Assembly (NCBI GenBank): GCA_963849325.1
Contig: CAWKHF010000002.1
Coordinates: 1-64,000 of the forward strand
DNA length: 64,000 nucleotides
Direction: 5' to 3'
Source: an uncultured Planctomycetota bacterium
Lineage (GTDB): Bacteria > Planctomycetota > Planctomycetia > Gemmatales > Gemmataceae
This document shows, piece by piece, positions 19,779 to 30,516 of this stretch (positions within the stretch are counted from its first letter, which is position 1; each line of letters opens with the position of its first letter). The notes under the pieces were generated by a model. That model saw only the letters and a program-made list of their open reading frames with translations, ran no database searches and was not told where the DNA came from. The translations under genes and the position numbers were made by a program.

Positions 19779-22718
19779 TTAGCTCAAGGTTCGCTGCACC
19801 TGCTCGATGCGGTAAGCCTCGATGACGTCGTCCACCTTGATGTCGTCATAGCCGGCCACCTTGAGTCCGCACTCGAAGCCGGCCCGCACGTCGCGCACGT
19901 CCTCCTTGAAACGTTTGAGCGATTCCAGGCCGACAGTGCGATCCGCCGGCGGATAGATGACCACGCCGCTGCGAATGACGCGCACCTTGGCTGAACGCTC
20001 GATGACGCCCTGCGTGACCGAGCAGCCGGCGATGGTGCCGACACGGCTGATCTTGAACGTTTCGCGGACGACGGCCCGGCCCAGATGCACGATCTCCTCG
20101 CGCGGTTTGAGCTTGCCTTCCAGGGCGGAGCGAATGTCGTCGGTGAGCTGGTAAATGATGTTGTACTGCCGCATCTGGATGCCGCGCTCCTCGGCCAGGG
20201 CGCGGGCGCGGTCGTCGGGCACCACGTTGAAGCCGACGATGATCGTGTCCTGCGGCGAGGTCAGGGCCAACTGCACGTCGCTCTCGGTGATGCCGCCGAT
20301 GGCGGCGTGCAGGACGCGGACGCGGACCTCCTCGTGATGCAGCTTTTCCAACTCCTTGCGGATGGCCTCGATGGAGCCGCGGAAATCGGCCTTGAGGATG
20401 ACCTTCAGCTCGACGATCTTGATCTGGGTGAGGTCCTCCAGGCGCATGGCCTCGCGCCGCGTCACGTTGGCCTCGCGCAGTCGTTCCCTGCGTTTGTCGG
20501 CGATCTCAGCCGCCGTCGGCAGATCGGGCACGACCAGGAAGGGGTCGTCGGCGTTGGGGGCTTCGTCCAGGCCGGTGATGCGCACCGGCACGCTCGGCCC
20601 GGCCTCGTCGATGTGCCGGCCCATGTCGTCGTACATGGCGCGGACGCGGCCGTGACTGGGACCGCACACGACAATGTCGCCCTTGCGCAGCGTGCCGTCG
20701 CGCACCAGCAGGGTGGCGTAGACGCCTTCCTCTTCGCTGACGTTGGCCTCCAGGCAGGTGCCGCCGGCCGGCTTGTTCGGATTGGCCTTCAACTCCTTCA
20801 GCTCGGCCACCACCGAGAGCGTCTCCAGCAGCTCGTCGATGCCCTTGCCGGTCGCGGCGCTGGTCTGCACGAACGGCACGTCGCCGCCCATCGTATCGGG
20901 GATCAGGCCCAGGCCGTACAGCTGTTGCTCGGTCTTGCGCAGGTTGGCGTTGGGCAGATCGACCTTGTTGATGGCGACGACGATGGAGACGCCGGACGCC
21001 TTGGCGTGGTTGACGGCCTCCTCGGTCTGCGGCATGACGCCGTCGTCGGCGGCGACCACGATGACGGCGATGTCGGTCACGTGGGCGCCGCGGGCGCGCA
21101 TCTTGGTGAACGCTTCGTGGCCGGGCGTGTCCAGGAAGGTGATCGGCTTGCCGTTGTGCTCGACGCGCCAGGCGCGGATCACCTGCGTGATGCCGCCGGC
21201 CTCGGTGGCCGTCACATTGCTCTGGCGAATGCGGTCCAGCAGCGACGTCTTGCCGTGATCGACGTGACCCATGATCGTCACGATCGGAGCACGCGGCACG
21301 AGGTCTTCGGGATTGTCCGGCCTCTTCGACTCGGCGAGAAGCTGCTCCTCGGCGTCGGCCTGCTTCTTGACGTCCAGTTCACACCCCAGTTCCAGGGCCA
21401 TTGCCTCGGCAATGTCGGGGTCGAGTACACTGTTGATGGTGGCGAGAATGCCCTGGTTCATCAACTTGGGGATCAGTTCCTGATGGCGGATGCCGACCGC
21501 TTCGCACAGCGAGCGCACGGTGATCGGCAGTTGGATCGGCACCTTGCCCTTGCGGGGCATGGTGGGTTCGATGCGCTTGGGACGCAGGCCAGGCCGGCGC
21601 TTGCGGTGCCGTTCGGCTTCGTCGTCGAGGAGGCCGACCCCGCCGCGTTTGGGGTCGGGAGCTTCGCCGCCCCTCTTGCGTGCGGCCTGGCGGGCATTGC
21701 GGGCCTTGTGGCGATCCTCACGGCCGGGCACACCTCCAACCCCGCCGCGGTGCGGCTTCTTGGTCTTGTTGCCGTCCTCGTCTTCCTCGACCTCAACGTC
21801 GTCGGGGACGCCCACGCCGGCTTTGCCGGGCGTCTGTTGCTGCAAGGCGCGGTGAATGTCCTCGATTTTCACGGGACTGTCGCCGCTGCGCTGAAGGAGT
21901 TCCGCCGGGATTTCGGCGAGTTTCTTGGGACCCTGGGCCTCCGGCTTCTTGGCCGGCGACGGCGCGAGGGTCTTCTGTCGGGGCGGCGCGGCCAGACCGA
22001 ACGGCACGGAGCGGGGAGTTGGCCGACCTCGATCGAACGGCCTGCGCGGCACGGACCCCGATCGTCCACCACCCAACTCGGGAACGCGGGACTCGGAAGG
22101 GAGGGGCACGGTTGGCCGGCTGGTTGGGGGAGTAGTCGGCGGAGGAGGCGTTTCGCCGCGAGCGGCCGGTGCCGTTTCGGCGCCGCGCGGCGGCGCCACC
22201 GGCGGGACTGCCGCCGTCGCCGCCGGTTTCTCGGGCGCCGGGAGAGGCGGAACCTTCTCGTGCGGAGTCATCGGGGGGGTCCGCGGCGCTGCGGACTCGG
22301 CGGCCCTGGCCGCGGGAGCACTTGGGGGTACGGATGTCACGGGGGGAGTCGTTTTCCCTGGAGGAGGTAGGGGAGTTCCGGGCGCAACGGGTACGGTGGG
22401 AGGAACGGGTGCGTGGGCGGCCGGCTCCACCGGCCGATGTGCCGTACGCCCTAACTCCGGAGGAGTCTTCGGCTTGGCGTCGAGGACCGGAATGCGTTTC
22501 TCCGGCAAGATGGGCGCCGCGCGATGCGTCGTGGACGCACCCGTCCCGCTGCCACGCTTTTGCACGAGTTGCACGATCTGATCGCGCACCTCCGGCTCAA
22601 TAGCGCTGAGCTGGTTCTTCACGTCGATGCCGCTCTGGCGGCATAGAGTCATCAGGTCTTTGGTCTCTATGCCCAGCTCGCGCGCCAGAACGTAAATCCG
22701 AACTTTCTCTTTTTGCAA
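19779..22718 (-). CDS. infB: Translation initiation factor IF-2
   Basis: [42 protein letters not shown] start; Pro-rich N-terminal region. Confidence 0.98.
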   Translation of the reverse strand: MQKEKVRIYVLARELGIETKDLMTLCRQSGIDVKNQLSAIEPEVRDQIVQLVQKRGSGTGASTTHRAAPILPEKRIPVLDAKPKTPPELGRTAHRPVEPAAHAPVPPTVPVAPGTPLPPPGKTTPPVTSVPPSAPAARAAESAAPRTPPMTPHEKVPPLPAPEKPAATAAVPPVAPPRGAETAPAARGETPPPPTTPPTSRPTVPLPSESRVPELGGGRSGSVPRRPFDRGRPTPRSVPFGLAAPPRQKTLAPSPAKKPEAQGPKKLAEIPAELLQRSGDSPVKIEDIHRALQQQTPGKAGVGVPDDVEVEEDEDGNKTKKPHRGGVGGVPGREDRHKARNARQAARKRGGEAPDPKRGGVGLLDDEAERHRKRRPGLRPKRIEPTMPRKGKVPIQLPITVRSLCEAVGIRHQELIPKLMNQGILATINSVLDPDIAEAMALELGCELDVKKQADAEEQLLAESKRPDNPEDLVPRAPIVTIMGHVDHGKTSLLDRIRQSNVTATEAGGITQVIRAWRVEHNGKPITFLDTPGHEAFTKMRARGAHVTDIAVIVVAADDGVMPQTEEAVNHAKASGVSIVVAINKVDLPNANLRKTEQQLYGLGLIPDTMGGDVPFVQTSAATGKGIDELLETLSVVAELKELKANPNKPAGGTCLEANVSEEEGVYATLLVRDGTLRKGDIVVCGPSHGRVRAMYDDMGRHIDEAGPSVPVRITGLDEAPNADDPFLVVPDLPTAAEIADKRRERLREANVTRREAMRLEDLTQIKIVELKVILKADFRGSIEAIRKELEKLHHEEVRVRVLHAAIGGITESDVQLALTSPQDTIIVGFNVVPDDRARALAEERGIQMRQYNIIYQLTDDIRSALEGKLKPREEIVHLGRAVVRETFKISRVGTIAGCSVTQGVIERSAKVRVIRSGVVIYPPADRTVGLESLKRFKEDVRDVRAGFECGLKVAGYDDIKVDDVIEAYRIEQVQRTLS

Positions 22719-22936
22719 GCGGAACTCCCGTGTGAACTAATCGGTCATACCCACTCCCCCTGCGGTTGTCGTTCAATCCGCTCTCGATCCTCCCCGGCCC
22801 AGCGCCGGGGTGATTCGCCAGCCGATTGACGGTGGATGGAGGGTTACCTTGTCGTCCTCGCCCGACACGAATACGCGGTCCTACTCCTTCATTCTAGCCA
22901 AATGGCTGTCCGCTTCAATCGCGGATTCCAAACCCC

Positions 22937-22996
22937 TCCGAGCCGCGACCGTCAGGGATCGGTGTTTTCTCCGCTCCCTGACGGTCGCGGCTCGGA
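22937..22996. repeat. REP-like inverted repeat (AGCC family)
   Basis: TCCGAGCCGCGACCGTCAGGGA / TCCCTGACGGTCGCGGCTCGGA. Confidence 0.9.
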
Positions 22997-23008
22997 CGGA
23001 GATGCGGC

Positions 23009-24529
23009 TCACTCACTCGGGGCCGAATCGACAGGGGTGCGAACCTCCTGTCCAACTGACGATTCGTCCACTACATTGGCTTCTGGCTCGCTGACGGCCG
23101 ATTCGCTGACCGTCGCCTCGGGCGGAGAAGCGGGCTGTTCTTCCTCGACGGGCACCGGAGCGGGGTTGACGTTCTCGGCGACCGCCTCCGGCTGAGTCTC
23201 TGGAGCGGTTGGGGCTTCCCGAGCCGGGCCGAACAGGCTCTCGAAGGTCTGCTTGGCTTCCGAGGGCGGGGGCGTGGCCGTCTCGCCGAGCGGGCCGGAG
23301 AACAGCTTGGCGGCCTTGGCCGCCGCCGACTGCGGCGCACTGGGAGCCACCGGCGGCTCCGGCTTGGCCAGCTTGGCTTCCTCTTCCTGCTTCTCCGCTT
23401 CCTCCTCGGCAAAAGCGATGATCTCCTCGGCCTGCTCCTCCGTGACGCCGCCCAACTCAGCCAATTCCGCCGCCTCCACGAACGTCAGGTCCGTATACGA
23501 CAGGAAGCCTTCCTCGATGAACGCCTCGACCATCTCCGGCGTCACGTGCGGCAGGGCCAGGAACCAGCCCTCCGCCTTCTCGACGCCGGTGTTCAGCTCG
23601 TCGTGCGTCATGATCTCGATGTCCCAGCCGACCAGTTTGCTGGCCAGCCGGACGTTCTGGCCGCGCCGCCCGATCGCCAGGGACAGTTGGTCTTCCTTGA
23701 CGAGCACAATGGCCCGACCCAGCCGCGGATAGAGGAACACTTCTTCGATCTGGGCCGGCTGCAACGCATTGGGAATGAGCACTTGCAGCGAATCGTTCCA
23801 GCGCACGATGTCGATGCGCTCGCCGCTCAACTCGTCGATGATGTTCTTGATGCGGCTGCCGCGAACGCCGACGCAGGCGCCGACGCAATCGACCTTCATG
23901 TCGATGGAGGAGACGGCGACCTTGGTCCGGTGGCCGGCCTCGCGGGCCACGGCCCGGATGGAGATGGTTTGGTCCTCGATCTCGGGGATCTCGCTCTCGA
24001 ACAGACGGCGAACGAAGTCGGGATGGTTGCGCGACAGAATGATCTTGACGCGATGACCGACCTTGCGAACGTCGAGAATGACGGCCTTGACGCGCTCGCC
24101 GACGTGATGCGATTCGCCGGGGATCTGTTCGCCGCGCGGCAGCAGGGCTTCGACCTTGGCGATGGTGACGGTGGCCGCTCCGCCTTCGAAGCGCTGCACG
24201 GTGCCGTGTACCAGGTCGCCCTTCTGGGCCGAATACTGGTCGAAGACGTTCTGGCTCTCCTCTTCGCGGAGGATCTGGATGATGGTCTGCTTGGCGGCCT
24301 GGGCGGGAATGCGGCCGAGCTTGTCCGGAGCCAGCACTTGCTCGCCCTTCTGGGCGTGGATCTCGCCGCTGGCGCGGTCGATGCTGACGACGATGCCTTC
24401 TTCGTCGTCGTAGCACTTGTGGATGGCCAATCGGACGGCCTTCTCGATGCTGGAGAAGATGACGTCGCGCGAGATGTTCTTTTCGCGGTGCAGGTACTCA
24501 ACCCCACTGAGCAACTCTTTGCCGTTCAT
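23009..24529 (-). CDS. nusA: Transcription termination/antitermination factor NusA
   Basis: S1 domain, REAGHRTKVAV, GACVGVRGSRI, LAIGRRGQNVRLAS. Confidence 0.97.
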   Translation of the reverse strand: MNGKELLSGVEYLHREKNISRDVIFSSIEKAVRLAIHKCYDDEEGIVVSIDRASGEIHAQKGEQVLAPDKLGRIPAQAAKQTIIQILREEESQNVFDQYSAQKGDLVHGTVQRFEGGAATVTIAKVEALLPRGEQIPGESHHVGERVKAVILDVRKVGHRVKIILSRNHPDFVRRLFESEIPEIEDQTISIRAVAREAGHRTKVAVSSIDMKVDCVGACVGVRGSRIKNIIDELSGERIDIVRWNDSLQVLIPNALQPAQIEEVFLYPRLGRAIVLVKEDQLSLAIGRRGQNVRLASKLVGWDIEIMTHDELNTGVEKAEGWFLALPHVTPEMVEAFIEEGFLSYTDLTFVEAAELAELGGVTEEQAEEIIAFAEEEAEKQEEEAKLAKPEPPVAPSAPQSAAAKAAKLFSGPLGETATPPPSEAKQTFESLFGPAREAPTAPETQPEAVAENVNPAPVPVEEEQPASPPEATVSESAVSEPEANVVDESSVGQEVRTPVDSAPSE

Positions 24530-24582
24530 GCTCGGTCCTCACAAAGACAATCCGGTGCGTCGCGCGGCTGGAAACAAAAAAA

Positions 24583-24652
24583 TCAGTTCTGAGTTCTGAG
24601 TTCTGAGTTCTGAGTCAAAACCACTCAGAACTCAGAACTCGGAACTCAGAAC
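24583..24652. repeat. Heptamer tandem repeat in inverted arrangement (TTCTGAG)n/(CTCAGAA)n
   Basis: TTCTGAG x4, then CTCAGAA CTCAGAA CTCGGAA CTCAGAA; the last unit overlaps the stop codon of the ABC ATPase. Confidence 0.85.
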
Positions 24653-25782
24653 TTCTTCGAGCGGCCGTGGCACAGCGCCCGGCCGGTCGCGGGATCGAAC
24701 AGGTGCGCCCGCGTCAGGTCGAAGGCGACGCGAATCGTCTCGCCTTCGTTTGCCGCGAGCGTGCCGGCCAGCCGGGCCATCACCGTCCAGTTCCCCGTCG
24801 CCAGCGTCGCCAGCCAGACGGAGCCAAGACGTTCAACCAGGCGCACCTCCATGCCGAGTCGGCCTTCTCCCGGTCCCTCCGCCGTCCCGACGTCCTCCGG
24901 GCGGATACCCAGGAGGACGGGCCGACCCGCGAAGGTCTGCCAATCCGGGCGGCTCGACGCAACCAGGCACACGTCGCGGTTGCGGACCATCAGCCGGCCA
25001 TCGTCCACGATCAGCTCGCCGTCCACCAGGTTCATGGGCGGCCAACCGAGAAAGCCGGCGACGAAACGGTCGGCCGGCCGATCATACAACACCTCCGGCC
25101 GATCGACTTGCCGCACCACGCCCTGGTCGAGCACGGCGACGCGCTGTCCCAGCGTCATCGCTTCGTCCTGATCGTGGGTCACACAGATCATTGTCGCCCG
25201 AAGGCGTCGATGGAGCAAGTGCAACTCGCGGCGCATTTCCAGGCGAAGGCGGGCGTCGAGGTTGCTGAACGGCTCGTCGAGCAGGAACAGCGCCGGCCGC
25301 CGCACCAGGGCGCGGCCCAGGGCCACACGCTGTTGTTGTCCACCCGAGAGCGTCTCCGGCCGACGGTCCAGCACGTCTGCCAGTCCGAGCTGCCGGGCGA
25401 CGGTCTCGATTCGCTCCGCGATTCGGTCCTCTTGCCGCGAGCCGAGCCAGCGCCGCCAGAATCCTCCGCGCCGCAGGGTCAAACCGAAGCCCAGATTGGC
25501 GTGGACACTCAGATGAGGATACAGGGCGGGACGCTGAAAGACCATCGCCACGTCACGGCGATGCGGTGGCACGTCGTTGACGATCCGTCCGTCGATGCGG
25601 ATGAGGCCGCCGGTCGGCGTCTCCAGGCCGGCGATCAGGCGAAGGAGAGTCGTCTTGCCGCTGCCGGACGGTCCGACCAGAGCGAGCAGTTCGCCGTCGT
25701 CCACTGATAAGGTAACGTCGCGCAGCGCCGCGATGCCGCCGGGGTAGGTTTTGCCGAGCTGTGCGAGCACGACCCGAGCCAT
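24646..25782 (-). CDS. ABC transporter ATP-binding protein (MalK/UgpC type)
   Basis: Walker A GPSGSGKT, signature LSGGQQQR, LLDEPFSNLD, VTHDQ, C-terminal TOBE-like tail. Confidence 0.95.
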   Translation of the reverse strand: MARVVLAQLGKTYPGGIAALRDVTLSVDDGELLALVGPSGSGKTTLLRLIAGLETPTGGLIRIDGRIVNDVPPHRRDVAMVFQRPALYPHLSVHANLGFGLTLRRGGFWRRWLGSRQEDRIAERIETVARQLGLADVLDRRPETLSGGQQQRVALGRALVRRPALFLLDEPFSNLDARLRLEMRRELHLLHRRLRATMICVTHDQDEAMTLGQRVAVLDQGVVRQVDRPEVLYDRPADRFVAGFLGWPPMNLVDGELIVDDGRLMVRNRDVCLVASSRPDWQTFAGRPVLLGIRPEDVGTAEGPGEGRLGMEVRLVERLGSVWLATLATGNWTVMARLAGTLAANEGETIRVAFDLTRAHLFDPATGRALCHGRSKKF

Positions 25783-25935
25783 CCGCAGTACGATAGAGAG
25801 CGCTGCCCGGAACTGTCAAGTCAGCGGCAACACGAATCCTCGAGGATTTGGCCCGGTAACTCCTTGACGCTTCCGTGCATCCTATGCGAGGATGTGTAGC
25901 GGCAAAGGGAACGGAGAGGTGGGGAGACAACCGAT

Positions 25936-27363
25936 ATGCACTCGGGCCATACCACCGTCCGCGCCGCGTTGACTCGTCGCGTTTTTCTCGTCGCCGGCGG
26001 TCTCGGCTTCGCCGGCCTGCACGTGCCGACCCTGGCGCGGGCTGCGACGGCGAAAACTCCCGTTCGCCGCCAACCCGCGCAGTCCGCCATACTGATCTGG
26101 CTGTCGGGCGGAGCGTCGCACATCGACACATGGGACCTCAAACCCGATGCTCCGGTGGAATACCGCGGCGAGTTCAAGCCGATCGCCACGTCGGCGTCCG
26201 GGGTGCGGCTGTGCGAGCACCTGCCGAAGCTGGCCCGACAGGCCCATCATCTGGCGCTGGTCAACTCACTGGGCCACTATGGCCGCGGCACCGGCGATCA
26301 TCACGCCGGCTATTACTACAATCTCACCGGCCACGCGCCGGACCCGAGTTTCCGCCAGCTCCTCAACAACCGCAAGCCTCTGTCCTCCGACTGGCCGTTT
26401 GTCGGCTCCGTGGTGACGAGCAAGCGTCCGCCGCACCCTTATTTGCCGTCGCTGATCGCGCTGCCGCAGAAGCCGGGCTTCCCCGAGTACACGCGGCCCG
26501 GTCAGTTCGCCGCTCGCCTCGGCCTGGAGTACGACGCCTCCTACGTACTGGGCAGCCTGGAACGACCGCTGGAGTTCGTCGCGCCCGCCCTGACCCTGCA
26601 AGGCGACGTGGACGCTGGGCGCCTGCAATCGCGCCGGCACTTGCTGACCGCGCTGGACGATGCCGTCCGCTCGGCGGAGCGCTTCGGCCCGGTGCCCACC
26701 TTTGGCCGACAGCAGGAGAAAGCGTTCGCCCTGCTCGCCTCCACGCAGGCGAAGGCCGCCTTTGACGTTAGCAAGGAGCCGCCGGCGGTGCGCGACCGCT
26801 ACGGGCAGACAGTCAACGGCATGAGCATGCTCATGGCCCGCCGGCTGGTCGAGGCGGAGGTGCCGTTCGTCACCGTCTTCTGGAAGGAAGATCCCAAGCT
26901 GGCCGCTCCCTGCAAGAGCGGCGGCGGCTGGGATACGCACGGCAACAACTTCGGCTGTTTGCGCCAGCACCTGCTACCGGAGTTCGATCGGTGTTTCTCG
27001 GCCCTGCTGGCCGACCTGCACGAGCGCGGTCTGCTGGCGCGGACGCTGGTGCTGGTCAACAGTGAGATGGGCCGACAGCCGAAGGTGGGCGATCCGCGTT
27101 CCGGCGGACGCGGCGGCGCCGGCCGCGATCACTGGACGCACTGCATGACGGCGATCCTGGCCGGCGGCGGCGTTCGCGGCGGACAGACCTATGGCGCCTC
27201 CGATAAGGTCGCCGCCTATCCTGCCGACCGGCCGGTGGCTCCCGAAGACATCGCCAAAACCCTCTATCACCTCATGGGCGTGGACGACCTCGAAGCCATC
27301 GACCGCGAAGGCCGGCCCTTCCATCTCTTGCCCGAGGGTCGAGTCCTGACGGACTTGCTCTGA
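25936..27363 (+). CDS. DUF1501 domain protein
   Basis: Tat-like TRRVFL, WLSGGASHIDTWDLKP, ARRLVEAEV, WDTH, EMGRQP, GRDHW. Confidence 0.92.
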   Translation: MHSGHTTVRAALTRRVFLVAGGLGFAGLHVPTLARAATAKTPVRRQPAQSAILIWLSGGASHIDTWDLKPDAPVEYRGEFKPIATSASGVRLCEHLPKLARQAHHLALVNSLGHYGRGTGDHHAGYYYNLTGHAPDPSFRQLLNNRKPLSSDWPFVGSVVTSKRPPHPYLPSLIALPQKPGFPEYTRPGQFAARLGLEYDASYVLGSLERPLEFVAPALTLQGDVDAGRLQSRRHLLTALDDAVRSAERFGPVPTFGRQQEKAFALLASTQAKAAFDVSKEPPAVRDRYGQTVNGMSMLMARRLVEAEVPFVTVFWKEDPKLAAPCKSGGGWDTHGNNFGCLRQHLLPEFDRCFSALLADLHERGLLARTLVLVNSEMGRQPKVGDPRSGGRGGAGRDHWTHCMTAILAGGGVRGGQTYGASDKVAAYPADRPVAPEDIAKTLYHLMGVDDLEAIDREGRPFHLLPEGRVLTDLL

Positions 27364-27443
27364 ACGACGCTCGGCCCGCATGGCATGATTTCTGCACTCT
27401 CTTTTTCGTACTCCTCGGAGCCGAAGCGCGAGCGAGGGAAGCC

Positions 27444-28505
27444 ATGTCGCCGTCCAGCCCTCCCATTCCGGAAGCGAATCCCTGGACCAAACCCCTGCGC
27501 GATCTCGGTTTGACCATCATCGGGACGCCGTTGGATCGAGTGCTGCAAGATTTTCAGACCGAGCTGCGACAGCACGGCATCACGCGCGTCGAGCCGAAGT
27601 TTTACCTCTCGACCGAATGGGGCGTCCCCTTCGGCACCATCAGTATCGCCATCCCGTTCTATCTCGCTCGCGCCGACCTGACCGAGCTACATGCCGAACG
27701 CGGCGGCCTTGTCGAGGGGACGGGATCGGCCGACATCCTCCGCTACCTGCGGCACGAGATGGGCCACGTCGTCAATTACGCCTATCGGCTTTACGAGGAG
27801 GCCGAGTGGAACCGTCTGTTCGGCGACATCAACCAGGAGTACGAGGAGGAATATCGTCCTCGGCCGTTCCACCCCGATTACGTCCGTCATCTGCCGGGCT
27901 GGTACGCCCAGAAACATCCCGACGAGGACTGGGCCGAGACCTTCGCCGTTTGGCTGACGCCGAACTTCGATTGGCGCCGCCGCTACGCCGAGGCGCCGGT
28001 CGCGCTGGCCAAGCTGGAGTATTGCGATCGCACGATGGCGGTCCTGCGCGACCGCAATCCGCTCGTGACCGAGGAGGAGCAGGATGAGGACGTGGGCCAG
28101 ATCGTCGCTTCGCTCGATGAGTTTTACCTGGAGCACGCGCCGGCCGGCGAAGACGTGCCGGCGGAAATCGACGATGCGCTGCAAACCATCTTCGGCGATC
28201 TGCCGGCCGCGGTGGACCCGTCGGCTCAGGCGCAGCATTCCGCCGCCATGTTGATCCGCCGGCTGGAGCGTGTTCTGAGCACCGAGGTATTCCGCTGGAC
28301 CGCGTACTTTCCCGAGCACACGCGGGCGCTGCTGCGCCGACTCGCCGAGCGCGCCGAGGCCCGACGCCTGAGCTATCCCGCCGAGCGCGAAGCGGATGCG
28401 ACTGTGGCGCTGAGTACCTTTGTCACCGTCCTCGCCCTGACCACCGTAGAAAAAGAGCCTCACGCCAAGGCGCAAAGAACGCAAAGAAAGACAGGACAAG
28501 AATGA
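27444..28505 (+). CDS. Putative zinc-binding metallopeptidase
   Basis: HExxH in LRHEMGH; WYAQKHPDEDWAETFAVWLTP. Confidence 0.85.
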   Translation: MSPSSPPIPEANPWTKPLRDLGLTIIGTPLDRVLQDFQTELRQHGITRVEPKFYLSTEWGVPFGTISIAIPFYLARADLTELHAERGGLVEGTGSADILRYLRHEMGHVVNYAYRLYEEAEWNRLFGDINQEYEEEYRPRPFHPDYVRHLPGWYAQKHPDEDWAETFAVWLTPNFDWRRRYAEAPVALAKLEYCDRTMAVLRDRNPLVTEEEQDEDVGQIVASLDEFYLEHAPAGEDVPAEIDDALQTIFGDLPAAVDPSAQAQHSAAMLIRRLERVLSTEVFRWTAYFPEHTRALLRRLAERAEARRLSYPAEREADATVALSTFVTVLALTTVEKEPHAKAQRTQRKTGQE

Positions 28506-28571
28506 GACGGCGATCTTAGTTGTCTTTTGTTTTTCTTTGCGTTCTTTGCGCCTTGGCGTGAGGCTCTTTTT
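28450..28571. repeat. Inverted-repeat element, family B, overlapping the 3' ends of two convergent genes
   Basis: AAAAAGAGCCTCACGCCAAGGCGCAAAGAACGCAAAGAAA and its reverse complement ending at 28571. Confidence 0.92.
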
Positions 28572-29551
28572 GCGAGAGCGACTTCCGGCGTTCCCAGGCG
28601 TATTCGGCGATGCGGTTGATGAGAGTGGGATAGTCCAGGCCGGCCTCGCGGGCGGCGGTGACGAACTCGCCGGATTGCTCCAGGTAACAGCTGGCGTTGA
28701 CCTCGATGACGTAAATCTCGCCGGCCTCGGTGAGACGCAGGTCGATGCGTCCATAGTCGCGCATGCGCAGGGCGCGGTACGCCGCCAGCGCCACCTTCTG
28801 CAAACGGGCGCGCAGTTCGTCGGATAATTCGGCCACCACGGCGCGGGTGCCTCGGTATTGCGGACTTTTCTCGTCCCATTTGGCCGAGGCGTCGAGGACG
28901 CGCGGCGCCCCGTCGGGCAGGCCGGAGAAATCCATTTCGATTGGCGGAAACGCCTGCGGGGACTACGTTGCCCAGCACGCCGACGTAAAATTCACGCCCC
29001 TCGATGTACTCCTCGACCAGGGCGGCGTCCCCGACGCGGCGGTGGATGTCCAGCACACGCTCCATCATCTCGCGCGTGCCGCGAACCAGCGACTTGCCGT
29101 CGATGCCGATGGAGGCGTCCATGCGCAGCGGCTTGACGAACAGCGGCATACGCAGATGACCGCCCGTCTCCAGGTCGGCGTCGGGCGAGAACACCGCATA
29201 TTCCGGATACGGGATGCCGTCGAAGGCCAGCAGCTTCTTGGTCAGCGCCTTGTCTTCCTGAATGTAAATCTCGCCCGGCCCGCCGCCGGTGTACGGCACG
29301 CCGAGCAGGTCGAGCAAGCCCGCCAGGCCGACCGCTCCGAGCTGGCTGTCGCCGAACGTCTCCATGAGGTTGAAGATGAGGTCCGGTTTGCGCCGCATCA
29401 ATCCGCCGCGCAGCCGGACGATGTCGCCGTGAACGCCAAGGACGGACACCTTATGACCGCCGCCGCGCAGGGCGTCCGCCACCTGGTCCACAACGACGTC
29501 GTAGGTCTTGGCGTTCTCTTTTTCGAGGTGAGTCAGGATGGTGATCTTCAT
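28516..29551 (-). CDS. D-Ala-D-Ala-ligase-like ATP-grasp enzyme (indel near 28960)
   Basis: PDLIFNL, VPYTG, DKALTK, PLFVKP...DASIGI, VEEYIEGREF, YGRIDLR, IEVNAS. Confidence 0.85.
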
Positions 29552-29637
29552 AGCTCCTCGTCGGATGCGTGCCATACCGAAGCGAGACAATTCGAGAGGA
29601 GCAAACGAGGTGCCGGAATTTTTCTCGCAAAAACCCC

Positions 29638-29668
29638 TTGATCCTGACGTAACGTCAGGTCGTACCAT
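29638..29668 (+). promoter_or_regulatory. MerR-type promoter/operator (-35 TTGATC, 19-bp spacer containing a dyad, -10 TACCAT)
   Basis: Dyad CCTGACGT-A-ACGTCAGG at 29643-29659; spacer 29644-29662 is 19 bp; lies directly upstream of a MerR gene. Confidence 0.88.
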
Positions 29669-29699
29669 GGATGGGAGACGCGATCCTACGGGAGGGCAC

Positions 29700-30442
29700 A
29701 TGATGCAACCGTCGTTCTGGAAAGTCGGTGAACTGGCTCGTCGCACGGGCTTGTCGGTGCGTACGCTGCACCATTACGACGACATCGGCCTGCTGGTGCC
29801 GTCCTACCGGACAGAGTCGGGGCACCGACTGTATACGACCGGCGACGTGGTGCGCTTGCAGCACATCAAGTCACTGCGGCAGCTGGGCTTCTGCGCTGGA
29901 AGAGGTTCGCGCTTGCCTGGACGACGCGGATTTCTCGCCGCTGGCGCTGGTCCAGACGCACCTCGCCCGCTTGCGCGATCAGATCGCGTTACAGCAACGA
30001 CTGTGCGACCGGCTGGAGTCCATCGCGGCCCACCTGCGTTCGGCGGAGCCGGTCTCCGCCGAGGAACTCCTTCACTCGATTGAGGACATGAGCATGTTCG
30101 AGAAGTATTACACGCCCGAGCAAATGGAATGGTTCCAGCAACGCCGGCTTCAGGTCGGCGAGGAACGCATCCGGGAAGTCGAGGCGGAATGGCCCCGGCT
30201 CATCGCCGCAGGTACGAACGGAGATGGCCCGGAGCACCGATCCGGCCAGTGAGACGATGCAGACGCTCGCTCGGCGCTGGATGGGACTGGTCCACGAGTT
30301 CAGTGGAGGCAATCCGGAAATCGAGAAGGCCGTCCAAACGATGTACCAACAGGAACCCGACATCGCCTGCCGGAATGGAATCGATCGTGCCCTTCTCGAT
30401 TACATCGAGAAGGCGACCGCGGCGGCGAAGCAAGCGGAATAA
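29700..30442 (+). CDS. MerR-family regulator, TipA/Mta-like (HTH + TipAS-like domain); two apparent indels
   Basis: WKVGELARRTGLSVRTLHHYDDIGLLVPS...GHRLY; DPASETMQTLARRW; RBS GGAGG. Confidence 0.88.
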
Positions 30443-30451
30443 AAAAAGAGT

Positions 30452-30509
30452 ACCAGCCCTCCGCGCCAGCAAGGGAAGACTCACTCCCTTGCTGGCGCGG
30501 AGGGCTGGT
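30452..30509. repeat. REP-like perfect 25-bp inverted repeat (AGCC family)
   Basis: ACCAGCCCTCCGCGCCAGCAAGGGA / TCCCTTGCTGGCGCGGAGGGCTGGT, between convergent genes. Confidence 0.9.
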
Positions 30510-30516
30510 CGAGTTT

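Noticed and set aside
20085-22370. Long antisense ORFs (also 30757-33267, 35511-37973, 7409-9202, 51427-53280)
   Set aside because: They are shadows of real genes on the opposite strand in high-GC DNA and have no recognisable motifs.
21900-22500. Pro-rich low-complexity stretch in IF-2
   Set aside because: Variable Pro/Ala-rich N-terminal regions are normal for IF-2 in high-GC bacteria.
24646-25782. Orphan ABC ATPase as a novel system
   Set aside because: Stand-alone MalK/MsmX-type ATPases that serve several permeases are common.
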